From NCBI RefSeq assembly GCF_006345805.1, contig NC_043006.1, positions 9,300,001-9,364,000 of the forward strand: a stretch of 64,000 nucleotides of DNA, written 5' to 3'. Below the pieces are notes generated by a model. That model was not told where the DNA came from and did not search any database. It was given only the letters and a program-made list of their open reading frames with translations. A program made the position numbers and the translations under genes. This DNA comes from Octopus sinensis (taxonomy: Eukaryota). This document shows, one piece after another, positions 48,499 through 63,839 of this stretch. The number at the start of each line of letters is the position of its first letter. Within the stretch, counting starts at the first letter, position 1.

Positions 48499-49738
48499 TA
48501 TAGTGTGCGTAAAGTATTTGAGAACATTTATATACTTACGCAAAAATGAACATACAATAACGCCGTTTTATTGAAAAAAAACTTAGGAAAAAGAATTAGC
48601 ATATTGTATCGTCATTTTATTCAATAAAGTCTCCTTCAGCTGCAATAACGGCTTCTATGCGAAGTCTGAATCCCCTACATGCTAAGATCAATTGGTCTGT
48701 GTTCATATGTGACATTACTCTGACTATGGAGGCTTTTGGGTATTCTTTGTTATTAAGAGGGTACTCATTAATCTCTTTATCAACTTTGCACTATACATAG
48801 TAGTCCAATGGATTGAGATCTGGGGAGCCAAAAGTCGGAGGTTATGTGGTCATGAAAATTTTCCGCCATCCATTCCAGCGTTGCTGTAGCCGTGTGTGAT
48901 AGTGCTGAGTCTTGCTGAAACACAAGGTCTCCCGTTGCGTACACTATGGATCATTGGCTTAACCACTGTATTCAGAACTTCTATGTATGCACCAGAATCT
49001 ACTCGAAGACTTTGTGGAAAGAAGTAAGGAGGCAACACATATCCTGCATTGATGATAACCCCCCAAACCATAACAGTTGCAGGAAATTTTATATGTATTA
49101 TATGAAATTCCTAAGGGTCTGTACATACCCATCTGTCATTCCTTCTGCGTATTTTCTGATCTTGATCAAAGTTTTTCTCGACTGAGAAGAACCGAATGAC
49201 AACTTTCTCTGCTGTGTTTTTAAGTTTGTTCAGGAGTCATTTAGATCTGATTAAGCGATTTTCTTTTACTACTTCTGACATGAAATAACTTTTCTCATCG
49301 CAAAAGATTTGTATCTGATGTTTTTGTGGACGATATTTGGATTGTTTATTCTTTCATATGGTGTTCGTTTGCAATCATGCATATTCTGGCATTGTCATCA
49401 ATGGTCTAATTTACTTGTTGAATAAACTCTGGTGTTCTCTTAGCATCAATGCGTCTTACACTGTCTCTTACGTTTTGATATGTGCGATACATTTCCGTTT
49501 TTAGCCTCTAAAGTTTTGCGAATGTTGTAGACGAGTGATCTAGCGACTTATAAAAATCGTGCTATTTTTAAATTGCTATGTTCAGCTATTATAACCATGA
49601 TGACTGGGTCCCTTTGGATTTCTTGTGTAATTATAGGGCCTATTATTGATAATTTTGAAATATAGAAAATATTCAGTAGATAAATATGCTGCTCTATTAA
49701 AATTAACACGTGTCCTCACATACCTAAAGCACTCTGTA
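48499..49738 (-). mobile_element. Tc1/mariner element, probably DD37D (maT-like), full extent but decayed
   Basis: Degenerate 27-bp TIRs 48499-48525 / 49712-49738 (20/27 match by hand). Minus-strand MVWGVI...YIEVLNTVVKP, FQQDSALSHTA, SPDLNPLDYYV; HTH-like region near 49430-49620. Confidence 0.8.
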
Positions 49739-51543
49739 CTATTGAGCTTTCTATAATTCGGTATTTCATTTTAAGGAAAGGGTAACACCACACATAGTAA
49801 ACTCCATACATAGCACCACTTTAATTGGCAATGGTTGAGTCTATCGTAAACATTAATCAACTTCTTGGCTAGTTATAGAGGAAAATGTATTGTAATTAGA
49901 GAGAGATATGATGGAGAGAGAAGATAGGTACCTTCCCCTATGATCAAAACAGAAATTTTCAACTACTGATGGAAACAGAAATTGGGTGTATAATGAGAAG
50001 TGCTACCCTATCACAAAATTTCTAAATGTTGGTGCGTAGAAACCTGGTGAAATGAGCTTAGTAAACATATGTCAGAGAACACATATGAGGGAGAGTTTCA
50101 TGCGATAGTAGTGAATGTAATTTATATGTGAGATTTCTTATTTAACAGTTTGTGACCAGCATGATTGAAACATTTCCAAATCCATTTATATTCATAATGC
50201 TGTTATTTTTACATATTTTTTATAACTTATCCGGAACTTTAATGCTTATTACGGTTATTTTTTCCTCTTTATCTCTGTTCGTGGCGGTAAAATACAAAAA
50301 CTAATATTACATCCAAGGCTATTACGCAAGATAAAATGTATGATTGAATAAATTAGGCAAGCGGCATCAAATAGATGAGTTAACTCGGATACCGGTTGAT
50401 ATGTAAAGAGTCTGACTAAGACAGCATACATCTCGTTCTGTCTGCATCGAAGCAGAAATGGTGATACATCTGGTTTATAACCCGCGTCCTTTCGAGCCAT
50501 TTAACTACTTTCTCATACATAGTTGACACTGGTAGTAGTAAAACCGTTGCAGTAAATCAGGAAATATCTAGCAGTATTTATTTACGTTCTTAGTTCAAAT
50601 CCCGCTGGTAACGACTTACCCTTTATTATATCTGCGATCAATAAATGTCGATATATTTCCAAATTGCTTTCGATCTCTTTTTGAAAATGTGATATGACAC
50701 GTGCAGTGATTGACATTTGATATTGGCTACAAATATAAATGGCAAATATATATTGAATAACCACTTAACACTTCTCTCTTTTTCTTATTTTTACTCATAT
50801 TTTCCCGTCATGCAGTACTGCACAACGATGCTGCTGGTTATAAGTTTCCAATGGACTAATCACAAGATTTCCGATAGCAACTATAACAAGATGGGCTTGT
50901 AAATCGCGAAGCAAGATCGCTCTGATAGATTCTGGACGTTTTGCAAATGCTAATAGTTGAGTGACGAAAGCTATTACTGCGGTCTAAGAAGGGGTGACGA
51001 GATATCGTGCCGTGTCATGAATGTATTGATGCTTCTAAAATTACATCTTCCATAATATGGTTCTAGTTTAGATTTTTAAGTGTGGTGAATTTTCATTTGC
51101 ATGGATTAAGTAAGAAAGTATTAATACAGTAAAAACCGCGCTGAGTTCTAAGCTCTTGATTAGGAGATTTTTCCCTGCATCTGTGCCATCAACAGCGCTG
51201 GAAATTCCTTTGAATTGCAGTGGATTAGTTGAAGATTATTTCTCGAACATACGGAAAGCATAGATAACCCCAATTCACGATACTTAGGAGTTTCTACTTT
51301 GAAAGAAAGTTTTCCCCCTTTCATATCGATCTCTTCTGAATTTTTCGTTGTTCTCCAATTCCCTGTGTAGCTCGGTTACACTTACGACACGTGTTACAGC
51401 GAGACTCACGTAATGTTAACGAAAATACCCAAAACATCAAGCTGCTTAATGCTTCTCAAATTCACACTAAGTTGTTACTAGCATAATTGCATATCAATAT
51501 ATAACACACTTCGAATGTTTTATGGTCTACAATGTGCTTGTAG

Positions 51544-51594
<51 letters not shown>

Positions 51595-51724
51595 TCCATG
51601 GGTTTACAATTATTAAAAACTATTTCAAATATAGCTTAAATTATATTTCAACCTGTTTTATTCCTCTAAAGCTTTAATCTTCTATTTTCATTCTAGTATC
51701 ATTCGGACAATTACCCTCCTAGCG

Positions 51725-51726
<2 letters not shown>

Positions 51727-51780
<54 letters not shown>

Positions 51781-51815
51781 TATTATTATTATTATTTTTA
51801 TCATCATCATCATCA

Positions 51816-51871
<56 letters not shown>

Positions 51872-51912
51872 TATTATTATTATTTTTATTATTATTATCA
51901 TTATTAGTATTA
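51727..51912. repeat. (ATT)n/(ATC)n repeat
   Basis: Direct reading. Confidence 0.95.
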
Positions 51913-52609
51913 TCCCATAGTTATTGTCATTGTTGTGTCTGTTATTAATTTGTAATATTATTTTATAGTTATTTAATGAATATTATCGAGATAGGTATTA
52001 TTGATATTGATGTTGTAGATATTAATATTCTCTCCTACTTCATAATTGCTTTGGTAGCACACAAAACTCTGTGAATTATTTGAATGTTTAATATCTAAGT
52101 TTACTTTAATTCTAAATTTAGAAACTTTAAATTTAGCTCCAATTTTAATCCATCTCACACTTCATATTAGTTTGAAATTTTAAGACCCGCCTAATCAGGC
52201 TAATATATATGTATAATTAATTTTGAGCAACCTCAACTTGATATCATCTCAATCTATCAATATTTATATCCTGAATAATAAGAGTATTCCTGACCTCTAC
52301 AAATTCATCCTGTATTTTCTAACATTATTCATCACTATACTAGATAGCAACAACAAAACATTGCAGTCTTACACTGACTCTGTCCATAAAAAAGCCCATA
52401 TCAAATTTCAACACAATGGCTGGAGAATATGTAACCTATATACAATACTAATAACATGTAATGTGTATTGAAGTGTTCTCGACGGATGACATATGGTCTA
52501 TAGGGGAATTTACAGCTCCAGGGTGCGCTTTCGTTCAAAGGTGCATTAGGGAGCGTTAAGAGTCATATACATATTTAAGTGTATGTATACATACATACAT
52601 ACATACAAG

Positions 52610-52641
<32 letters not shown>

Positions 52642-52767
52642 TACATATATATACATATATATATATATACATATATATATATACATATACATATATATAC
52701 ATATATATATATATATACACACACATACATGTTGTTTGCACAGTTCGTTACGTTCTGTACCCACATA

Positions 52768-52831
<64 letters not shown>

Positions 52832-52899
52832 CGTGTATATATATGTTATATATATTATTATTTAATTGAACGCCATACATCCATTTCCCCCGTTTTGAT

Positions 52900-53450
52900 C
52901 TGACTGTATATGGTTCCTTCCTCCTTCACTAATAACCTTATTCTCCTCCTCCCTCTTTGACCATTTTCTATCTCACTCTCTTTTCGCTCGCTTTTTCGTT
53001 TTCTCTCTCTCCTTCCTCACACATGACCATCGTCCATCTTTCTTTTCCTCATGTGACCATCTTTTCTTCTTGCAGGGACGTTCAAAGGGCTGTGCGTTTT
53101 CCCCTCTCTCTTTTCTATCTTTTCTTTTTTCAAAGAATATATTTCTCCCATCATTCACTATTTCCTCGTTCTGGTCTAACGACCCTCCATGTTACTTTTG
53201 TCCTCTTTTTATTCCCAAAATTGACCCTCTATGAACCTTAAACTTTATATCAAAATTTATGGGAGCAGCTGTCTTTGAAGACTCATATTGTCATTCAATG
53301 CTCGAAATGAGGAGTAAATAGGCAACCGACAACTGATGAAGGGTCGTTTCTGTGTGTTGCCTTGTCCTGTTTTCCATTTTCTCTCGTTGTTTGCATATTT
53401 AACTAATTTATTTTCGTATTTCATGAGGTTTACACAGTTGGTGACGTCCT
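52900..53450 (+). repeat. Interspersed repeat family D, copy 3
   Basis: CT-rich stretch followed by GCTCGAAATGAGGAGTAAATAGGCAACCGACAACTGATGAAGGGTC; uninterrupted where copy 2 has an insertion. Confidence 0.65.
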
Positions 53451-53562
53451 GTACGCATATATGCATATATACTGCATTTCTCGAGTATATAAACAGTTTG
53501 GGTATTTATTTCTCTGGCGTCTGTCAGAATGATGCGGACGCATCTTATGAGAACACATGCAT

Positions 53563-53723
53563 ACGAGCTTCTTTCAAATTCCGTCGACCAAATCCACTCA
53601 TAAGGCTTTGGTTGGAAAGAAGCTATAGTAGAAGACACTTCCCCAAAGTGCCAGGCAGTGGGACTGAACCCGGAACCTTGTGGTTGGAAAGCAAGCTTCT
53701 TGCTAAGAAGCCACTCATGCGCC
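53563..53723 (-). mobile_element. SINE family A, 5' half
   Basis: ACGAGCTTCTTTCAAATTCCGTCGACCAAATCCACTC...GCCACTCATGCGCC. Confidence 0.8.
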
Positions 53724-53734
53724 TACACCTTCTC

Positions 53735-53784
<50 letters not shown>

Positions 53785-54356
53785 GAGGAAGTGTATTTCC
53801 AAATGAAAGTTATAGGCAAATTTGTCGTTGAATGTGTACCTAAATTTGAAAAAAGTTGCAATTGTTTTTAAATAAATTGTTTTTAGATATATAAACTAAA
53901 CTAGTTTCAACAATATATTTTTTTATTTATCAATGGTATATGTGTATATATGAATATATGCATATATGTACAAATATATTCATTCAAGTATATGGACTCG
54001 TTAATTTTTTAGTAAATTATTTTTTTGTGAATTATTTGCTCCATATTGAAATTATTTTCACACTGGTGGCTGCCATGATTTTGGCGCAAAAGGAAACAGT
54101 TGCAACGTTGACTACCACACGGTGGGTTGGCACGTTCTATCATTTTAACTCTTGCTGAGGATGCTGAGGCTGTTATGCCAGTCCAGATGATCCTAAATAC
54201 TTAAATGCATGATTGTCTTAGCCTGTTTACTTTGGGATGTTTGATTTCTGTAGTTATTATCAGTGTATTTTGTCGATTTTTACTGAGTGATTTGACTGTT
54301 ATTTCCAGCAGGTAGAATACTTAGAATGTCATTTGATTAACTTCAATTCTTCAGAT

Positions 54357-54392
<36 letters not shown>

Positions 54393-55059
54393 CTGTGTGC
54401 GTGTGTGTGTGTGTGTGTTTGCGTGCGTATATATAAATGTACATAATATTCACACTCTATCTCACTCAGGCGGCATATCATTTAGGAACTTCTTTACAAT
54501 AAATTTTATCTGCAAATGGCGCACGAAGGAATACGTTTGCATTTTGAACATAAGGATAATAACGCCTTTTAAAATGATTGCAGTTGTCAGTTACCTTAAT
54601 ACTTTATGCATTACAAATTTTTCCTGCATTACATCGATGGCATTTTCAATGTGTACTTGCTCCACAATCATTTGGAAGAATGGACACGAAATCCAAGTTT
54701 ATGCAGTGCACTTGTAACACACAGAAAATAAATGTAAGGATACTACCGCGTGATATATAGGATTAACTCCCCACTATCTAGGAGAAAGATTTGAAGACCA
54801 AAAGCGTAAATACAAGCAAACGAAATAAATGCCCTCGGTGATAAAAAGACAATGGATTGATAGCAAAATTTTGAATTAAAAATTTCAGTCCAAATAAGTC
54901 GATTTATTTTGCTGAGATTGTGCAAATGCTTGAAGCGAAGTCAGGCCCCATTTTCAATTAGAATTTTAATAAGGAATAAGTCAACGTTACAGGGTTAATA
55001 GTAATAATCATAACAAAAATGTTAGTTATAATTAAGCGCAAGGCTAGCATTTTCTGGAA

Positions 55060-55228
55060 TCGGGCGTGCCGACTCCGTCGATCCCAGTGCTCAACTGGTA
55101 ATATTTTATCTATTCCGAAAGGATGAAAGGAAAAGTCAACTTTGGCGGAATTTGAACTCAGAACACAAAGCAAGACGAGATACCGCTATGCCTATTGCGC
55201 GAGATTCCAATGATTATGCCAGCTCGCC
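55060..55228 (-). mobile_element. SINE family C, diverged copy
   Basis: ATCCCAGTGCTCAACTGG...GGATGAAAGGAAAAGTCAACTTTGGCGGAATTTGAACTCAG...GCCAGCTCGCC. Confidence 0.75.
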
Positions 55229-55456
55229 AAAAATGTCAATAGTTCTAACATTTATCATGTCATTGAAGTATGGGATAGGAACATATATTCAGGAAGAATT
55301 AATTCATAATTTAGAAATTCTATAGCAAAAATAAAAACTACTGAAGCAATGGGGGAAAATATCTTGGGGGAGAAAACAACACAGAAAATACACATACATA
55401 CGTACTCATACACACTCACAGGCGCATACATATACACACATATGCATTTATGAATG

Positions 55457-55488
<32 letters not shown>

Positions 55489-55522
55489 CATACATATATA
55501 TTATATATATATATATATTATA

Positions 55523-55570
<48 letters not shown>

Positions 55571-55622
55571 TACATATTATATATATACATATATATATAT
55601 ACATACATATATATATACATAC

Positions 55623-55655
<33 letters not shown>

Positions 55656-56094
55656 GGACGTATATATATCTATGTGTTTGTTGTCTGTGTTGTGTGTGTG
55701 TATTTGTGTGTGCGTAACTTAGCACGAGGTGCACCCGCGTGATTCCAGAATAACCTCCGGATGCACTCGTACTTGCACACACAGACACACAAAAGAAACA
55801 ATACGTTTCCTTTAAGAGATATCATCTAAATTTTATGTTCGTGAGAAACATATTTGTTACGACATAGACGCGTTAGATTTGCAGCTTAAACTCTTCTGTA
55901 GTATATACAGCTCTTTAATGATAAATTTTCATAAATCTCAGTGTAAATAATGGATAAAAGGATCGACTTCGACATCAGAATGTAACATCTCTCTCCTTGT
56001 CTTTCTATTTAAATATCCATGAATATAATAAGGCATGTAATTTCCTTTATAAATAGCAATATATTTCACTCCACTAAACTCTGATACTCTTATA

Positions 56095-56505
56095 TGTACG
56101 TATGTATGTATGTATGTATGTATGTATGTATGTATGTATGTATGTATGTATGTATGTATGTATGTGTGTATGTATGTATGTATGTATACATACATGTATG
56201 TATGTATGTATGTATCTATGTATGTATGTATGTATGTTTGTATGTATACATACATGTATGTATGTATGTATGTATGTATGTATGTATACATACATGTATG
56301 TATGTATGTATGTATGTATGTATGTATGTATGTATGTATGTATGTATGTATGTATGTATGTGTGTATGTATGTGTGTATGTATGTATGTTTGTATGTATG
56401 TACGTATGTATGTAAGTTTGTATGTATGTATGTATGCATGTATGTATGTATTCATGTATGTATGAATGTATAAATATATGTATGCATGTCTATATGTATG
56501 TGTGT
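56095..56505. repeat. (TATG)n array
   Basis: Direct reading; source of the MYVC/HTYI ORFs. Confidence 0.95.
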
Positions 56506-56561
56506 GTATATCTTCGGTGCGTGCATCTGTGTCTGTCTACACATATATATGCATGCATTAA

Positions 56562-56829
<268 letters not shown>

Positions 56830-57065
56830 AATAGCTTGTTTGTATATCCATATGCTTTGTACTTATTTAAACAATACAGAATAAATGGGTTTTAATTGAA
56901 TGTAACCCCTTTCATGGCGTATCGTTTCGATTCGGTAGCGAAGAATATGTCACTTAAAGGTTAATTATATAGCTGGGTTGACTGTATGCATGTATGAATG
57001 AATATATATATACAGGTAGGTAGGCAGGTAGTCAAATAGATTAGATAAGTTTGTGGTTATTAACA

Positions 57066-57400
<335 letters not shown>

Positions 57401-58070
57401 TAAGCAATTTGATTTACGCGTATATAACTTCAACTTAAATGAATTACTGTTCAAGCTATTTCAAACTGATGACAATAAACTAGGTCACAGACAAAACCTT
57501 AGAAATAAATTATAAAATATATTAACGGCGCCAACCAAAGTGTTAGTAATGAATGACGAATCTGAAGCTAGTGTCCAAAACTCAGACTGCCAAATTAGCA
57601 TATCTACTTTTATTTAATATGTTGTTTCTTGTGAATATCAAAATTCCTGCTGCATATCATATATCTCGACATATTTTGAACACCTAAATTTTCATATTTA
57701 TAAAATTCCATGAATATAAATTATGGTAGATACATATCGATATTCACCTGTATTAAAGAGTTATTATGCTGTCTGTGCTTTTATTTTGATGTCATTGCCT
57801 CAGACCATGTCGAAAATTAATTGACAAGTGATAAAAAAAAGTATTTATAGATTCAGATCGCAAAGGGATTTAACTGTTTCAGTCGAGAGATGTTATTCAA
57901 TCTTCTCTTGAGTCTGATGTTATTTCCCTAAAAATATCCACAAGTACACTCATATGTACGTCCGTATGTACGTATGTATGTTTGTATGTACGTACGTATG
58001 TATGTATGTATGTATGTGTGTATGTATCTATCTATTTATTTATATAAATCTAAATATATGTATCTATATC

Positions 58071-58109
<39 letters not shown>

Positions 58110-58557
58110 CTATATAAATATATATGTATATATATATAAATAAAAAATAAAAATAAAAATATATATATATACCAATGCATATATGTATCTATGCGTGTGT
58201 GTGGGGGGATACATAATATAATTTTCTTCAACCGCTTGGAAAGAAGGTACGTTTTTGACACCAGGTCAGGAATCTTTGTTTTCCATACATAAGAACACGT
58301 TTTTAGCACAATAAATTTTATTTGTTTGTTTTGGTTATTGTTCATATCATGCAAGTTATATTGGAGCAAAGGAAACCTATCTAAATTTGTTTGGGAACAA
58401 GGACCATTACATAAGACCTTGAAGTGATGATGTCTTTGTAAAGTAATTCTAACGTTGTTTTCCTTTAGATATTTTGGCGTTTCCTTGCTTTTATTTCGTT
58501 TAATCCACAGCCATATAAGGACACGTCTTAGAAGTTATCAGTAAACAAACATATTTG

Positions 58558-58939
58558 GGAAGCACTCCGTCGGTTACGACGATGAGGGTTTCGGTTGATC
58601 CGAATCAACGGAACAGCCTGCTCGTGAAATTAACGTGTAAGTGGCTGAGCACTCCACAGACACGTGTACCCTTAACGTAGTTCTCGGGGATATTCAACGT
58701 GACACAGAGAGTGACAAGGCCGGCCCTTTGAAATACAGGTACAACAGAAACAGGAAGTAAGAGTGAGAGAAAGTTGTGGTGAAAGAGTACAGCAGGGATA
58801 ACCACCATCCCTGTCGGAGCCTCTTGGAGCTTGTAGGTGTTTGCGCTCAATAAACACTCACAACGCTCGGTCTGGGAATCGAAACCGCGATCCTATGACC
58901 GCGAGCCCGCTGCCCTAACCACTGAGCCATTGCGCCTCC
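58558..58939 (-). mobile_element. SINE family B (head B plus tail X), full length
   Basis: Co-linear with 31026-31406. Confidence 0.9.
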
Positions 58940-58959
58940 ACAACAAACAGATTAAGAGG

Positions 58960-59150
58960 GCGTGGTGGCAGAATTGTTAACATGCCGTGCGATATGCTCA
59001 GTGGCATTTCGTACGTATTTACTTAAATTAGTTCAAATTCTGCCGAGGTCGACTTTGCCTTTCACCTTTTTGGAGACGATAAAATGAATACCAGTTGACT
59101 TAAACCCGACCCCGAAATGGTTGATCTTGTGGCAAGATTCGAAACTAAAA
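58960..59150 (+). mobile_element. SINE family C, diverged copy
   Basis: GGTGGCAGAATTGTTAA...AGTTCAAATTCTGCCGAGGTCGACTTTGCCTTTCACC. Confidence 0.7.
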
Positions 59151-62100
59151 TATATATATAAATTCGGGATATGAATTAGTGTAATATTTGCAAAAATAAT
59201 TTCATGCATCAAATGCTATAATAATTACATTTACGAAATCAACTCAAAACATCTTAAAAGAAAATAATATTAAAAGACAGAGGATTGACATAACTTTTAA
59301 ATAAATTTCGCATTCAGGAATAAATCCATAAATAAATAAATTAGGGGAATGGAATTGATTACCAGTCTCAGTACTTCACCGGTACTTTATTGTATTTATC
59401 CCGCAGAGATGAGTAGCAAAGTTGACGTCTTCGAAACGTGTACTCAAAATAAAGATTTGAAAGAAGTAATTGTTCTGGTCTAATGTTTCCGCCAAACCTC
59501 TTAAAAACTGAGAACACTACATTGAACACCAAATGACGCATTTATATATTTCTTCGAGGATCCACAAGTCACAGTCACTTCAAGTAAAATTATACTTAAA
59601 TTAAAGTGGATACAAATAAATCATATCATAAGTCACATCTTCCTTTGAATTTAACCGAGGGCATAGTGGTATAAAGAAATACACAATATATACACATAAA
59701 TACATAAATAGGCACGCACACGCATGTACACGCACACGAGCACACTCACACACATATCAATAAATTAAATAATATTAACTTTGTATGTAAATCAAGCTTA
59801 TTAATGAATTAAAATAGGAGAAATCGATAAACAATGTAACCTACAAGGGTAGGAAAATTACATCAACGGTGAAAATGATAAGTTAGATGTGCAGCCAATT
59901 TTACAGAAGAAAAAGACAAATATTAATGTTATTCATATTTGTGTTGGGCAATCCAGTCAAATCTGGGATCACCAAAACTTTAATACAAATCTGTTTCTTA
60001 AACTTGAGATGGGGCAATGCAAAATTAAAATTCCGTGACTTTCAATGGATAGAAACATATATTAAGGGGCGAGTTGAAATGGACTTAGCTAAAAATTATC
60101 TTTACTCCTCTAGCATTCAGATAAGGCTAAAAAATGTATTGCTGATTTACTAAAATTATTCTGACTTCACCATACGCTATCCTGTAGCTTCAAGAATTTG
60201 ATGATGCGTCTCTTTTTCAAAATGATATTGCTGGGTAGGTGGGATAGGCCTGAATCTGGTCAGTTTGAAGACAAAACAAGCAGAATGCTTAGACATGTTG
60301 TTGCTAGTTAGAACGCGAAAGGTTTGATATATAAAAAAATCATATAAGTATATTCATATAAAGTAATGTAAATTACCATAATCACAATATAGTTTAATTT
60401 CTCACCCTATACCTAAAATTGACACATACTTGAATCCTCGATTTTATTCATAATAGCAAAATGTTGTTGTATGAAATGGTTTGAAATCGTATTAAAAGAC
60501 TGGGGATTTTAGGAGATTATTCGACATCTTCATGTACAGTACTTTTCTGATACATTACTGTATCACTCCGAAGAGATGGGAAGGAAAGTTGACCTCTGGA
60601 ACATTTCAGCTCGGAATATAAAGGGCCTGGAGAAATGCAGTTAATCATTTTGTATAACACACTAAGTATTTTGCCATCTTGTTATCTTAGAATATTATGT
60701 TCGATGAATGCAGTGACGTTGAAGATGAATGATCTCTTGTAATGTGCTGCCAAGAAGTAGAGTGGGCCAGAATTCAGGTAGATCGGCAGCCAATCCTAAA
60801 TTGGTCGGATCCATTCATGGACCGGGCGTTGCATTGTGTTCTTAAGCAAAGCACTCCATTTTGATTAGCTTTGGTTAGATGCTGGTACAGCTCTGTCTCT
60901 TTCCTCCTCTTACGTATAGGTTGTACCGCAGGTGAAGTGTGAGGTGGATGAGACTATATCTATGTCGTGCGGAAACACAATTAATCAACGTGAGTCATTT
61001 CTTACCAAGCAAATCAAGGTAGGGATTATCCAGAGCTGATGTAGCATTATTTCGCAACGAGTGAATTAACGATGGTTAAAAAGAGTAAATAGCTTAAGTA
61101 AAATCCGAAAAGCTCCATAAGCCTGTTAAAAGTTATCAAAGTAAGCTGATATTTAAATTAAAATATAACATAAGATCATAGCGATAAAAACATATGAAAC
61201 GTAAATTTTCCACGGTGAAATGCGTAATATAGTTTAAAACAATTTAAATGAGAAAAAATTTATGGTGAGTAACTTTTCATATTGTTGAATCATTTCCTTT
61301 CAAGAGATTACGTGAAAATCAAAGATTATAAGTCATAGTATAATAAAAATTATTGTAATATGTTAAAACGTTTAAGTGTATGAAATTCAACTACAGTTTG
61401 CAGAAAAAAACATTTCTTAATATACTTAAGTTACATAAATTATTACAGGCATTCATACAGGTCGACCGCAGTTCAATTCCCAGCAATGACATCGCTCCAT
61501 TATCCGCACAAATTCCAATATGATCCGCACAGGTGGGGGATTTTCAATCCTGTTAGTGAGCTAAACTACTTCGTATGAACATGGCGACTAGGAGCACATC
61601 TTACAGCAGGTCGAAAGAGCTTGCCACCTTTGCTGACATATGCCATTATTTTATCATGAACGTTTTCACTATGAACTTGGCCGTTTAGGTCAGCTTTTGC
61701 CATGGAATGCATAACAAAAGAGATGTTGAAAATAACGAGTTATCTGCGCCTGAAGCGTTTGAAAGTGAGCAATTTCTCCTGTATATGACCAATTATATTT
61801 CGTTATCAACGTATGCGTTGTGTACATCATGGGACGCACACGAAGTCTATGGTGTTACAAAGTTTTCCTTCTTTTAGAGAGATGTCTAAACAAAGACTAG
61901 GTCTCTCACTCCTAGCTGTAGGATGGCTTTGACTCTATTATGTTCAACCGTCTTTTGATCGGGGCATTTATTGTTTATCTTCTTTTCCTTCATGTTATCA
62001 AACTATAATAATCTTTCCTGCTTCGCAGACGTGGTATGGTTGCCGGTTTTAGTCGCTGACAGCCCAGTGATGCGAGGTGTACTACGTTACGGAACCAATA

Positions 62101-62512
62101 CGGCAAATTTATGTACGTATGAATGTATAAAGGCCTGCATATTTCCAATACATGTGGTAACATACGTGGATATGTACGAGCAAATATACAAAGATTCTAA
62201 CATGTATAGATGCAAATATATTTACCTACGTAGCAACACTTCGGAACATACACAAGGATGCAGCAACTCGGAGCATGGTTGAAAATTTAATTAATAAAGA
62301 TTTCAAACTTGGTGATAATACAATAATTTTCTAATTGACTATTTACGGTAAAAAAAAGGCAGTGGATGACAGCCTTGACATTTTAATTAATTAATATGGA
62401 ATGAATTTGGGAGTGAGGTTGATCAAATTCTATTAATGAATTAGAATTCCACGCTCAGCGATAAGAAATACTAATATTCTAAATGTACATGCCTATACAT
62501 GCGTATACATAC

Positions 62513-62572
<60 letters not shown>

Positions 62573-63032
62573 TTACACAGACATATATGTGTGTACATAT
62601 ATGTATGTATATATATGTATGTATGTATGTATAAATTAAATTATCATGATGTCGGTTGAAATTTGAAAAGCTTAGCAAATACAAGCAGTGATTCACATTT
62701 AGGCAAAAGGCAAATACATTTTAAGAGTTACTTGCATCGAACCCAGTATTTGACTCTTAAATTATTTCATTATGCCGGAAGAAACAAGTCGACCTCAGCA
62801 ACCTTTGAAACTAGATTGTGACGAACCAAAAGAAATACAACGAATTATTTCAATGGTGCACCTGTGCAATATATACCTGCCTGATCTGAAGAGTGCGTTT
62901 AAGAAATGATCATCCGTTTATCTAATATCCGACGCGAAACCGTTTACAACACCGTTTATATGGATGAATAATACAGTATTGTTGCACTGGATGGAAAAAA
63001 TAATTCAGCTTTAGTTTTAAATATGTCTGTGG

Positions 63033-63104
<72 letters not shown>

Positions 63105-63170
63105 TGTGTGTTTATAGAGACCTGTAACCAAATATATACACATACACATGCTGCCAAGTATGTGACGCTG

Positions 63171-63490
63171 GCATTCCGTCGCTTAAGACGACGTGGGTTC
63201 GAGTTTATCCAGTCAACGGAAAAGTAGGCTCGTGAAATTAACGTGCAAGTGTCTGAGAACTCCACAGATACGCTTACATTTCACGTAGTTATCAGGAGAT
63301 TTAGTTTGACATATTACGTGACAATGCTGGACTTCACTTTGAAATATATGTACCACTCATTTTTGATAGCTGAGTAAACTGGATCACGTGAAACAAAGTG
63401 TCTTGCTGAAAGACATAGCACATCTACGGAAACCGAACTCGCGTCCTTGTGATCTTGAGCCTAGTACGCTAACCATTAAGCCACGTGCCT
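63171..63490 (-). mobile_element. SINE family B' (head B' plus tail X), diverged
   Basis: Reverse-complement match to 43168-43483 (GTGAAATTAACGTG...AAAGTGTCTTGCT...CTAACCATTAAGCCACGTGCC). Confidence 0.75.
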
Positions 63491-63534
63491 TCACTAGCAT
63501 ACTTGTATACCTACGTGAATTATATAAAACGTAA

Positions 63535-63839
63535 AACGTCGCCCTCTTCTATCCTAACCAGGCTCATGGGCCATGTTTCCCGGTTTCTGTGGCGTATGTG
63601 TTCCGCCCAGATGGACGGGATCCTAGTCCATCGCAGCGTTACTAAAAAAATAGGAAGAGAGTGTGAGAGAATGTTGTGGCGAAATAGTACAACAGGGGTC
63701 ACCACTACCCCCTACCGGAGCCTCTTGGAGCTTTACGCATTTTCGCTCAATAAACATGCACAACACCCGGTCTGGGAAGCGAAACCACGATCCTCTGACC
63801 GCGAGTCCGCTGCCCTAATCACTGGGCCAATGTGCCCCC
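63535..63839 (-). mobile_element. SINE with head B and a third tail (tail Y)
   Basis: Head B match 63650-63839 (CGCTCAATAAACA...CCGCGAGTCCGCTGCCCTAA.CACTGGGCCA). Downstream sequence (GGCTCATGGGCC..TTTCCCGGTTTC) is unrelated to tails X and Z. Confidence 0.7.

Noticed and set aside
52200-52450. Possible RT relic on the minus strand (DDIKL)
   Set aside because: Neighbouring RT motifs could not be convincingly recovered.
61461-61532. 72-nt symmetric open segment between AG and GT (STAVQFPAMTSLHYPHKFQYDPH)
   Set aside because: Both splice sites are weak and the peptide is not recognised.
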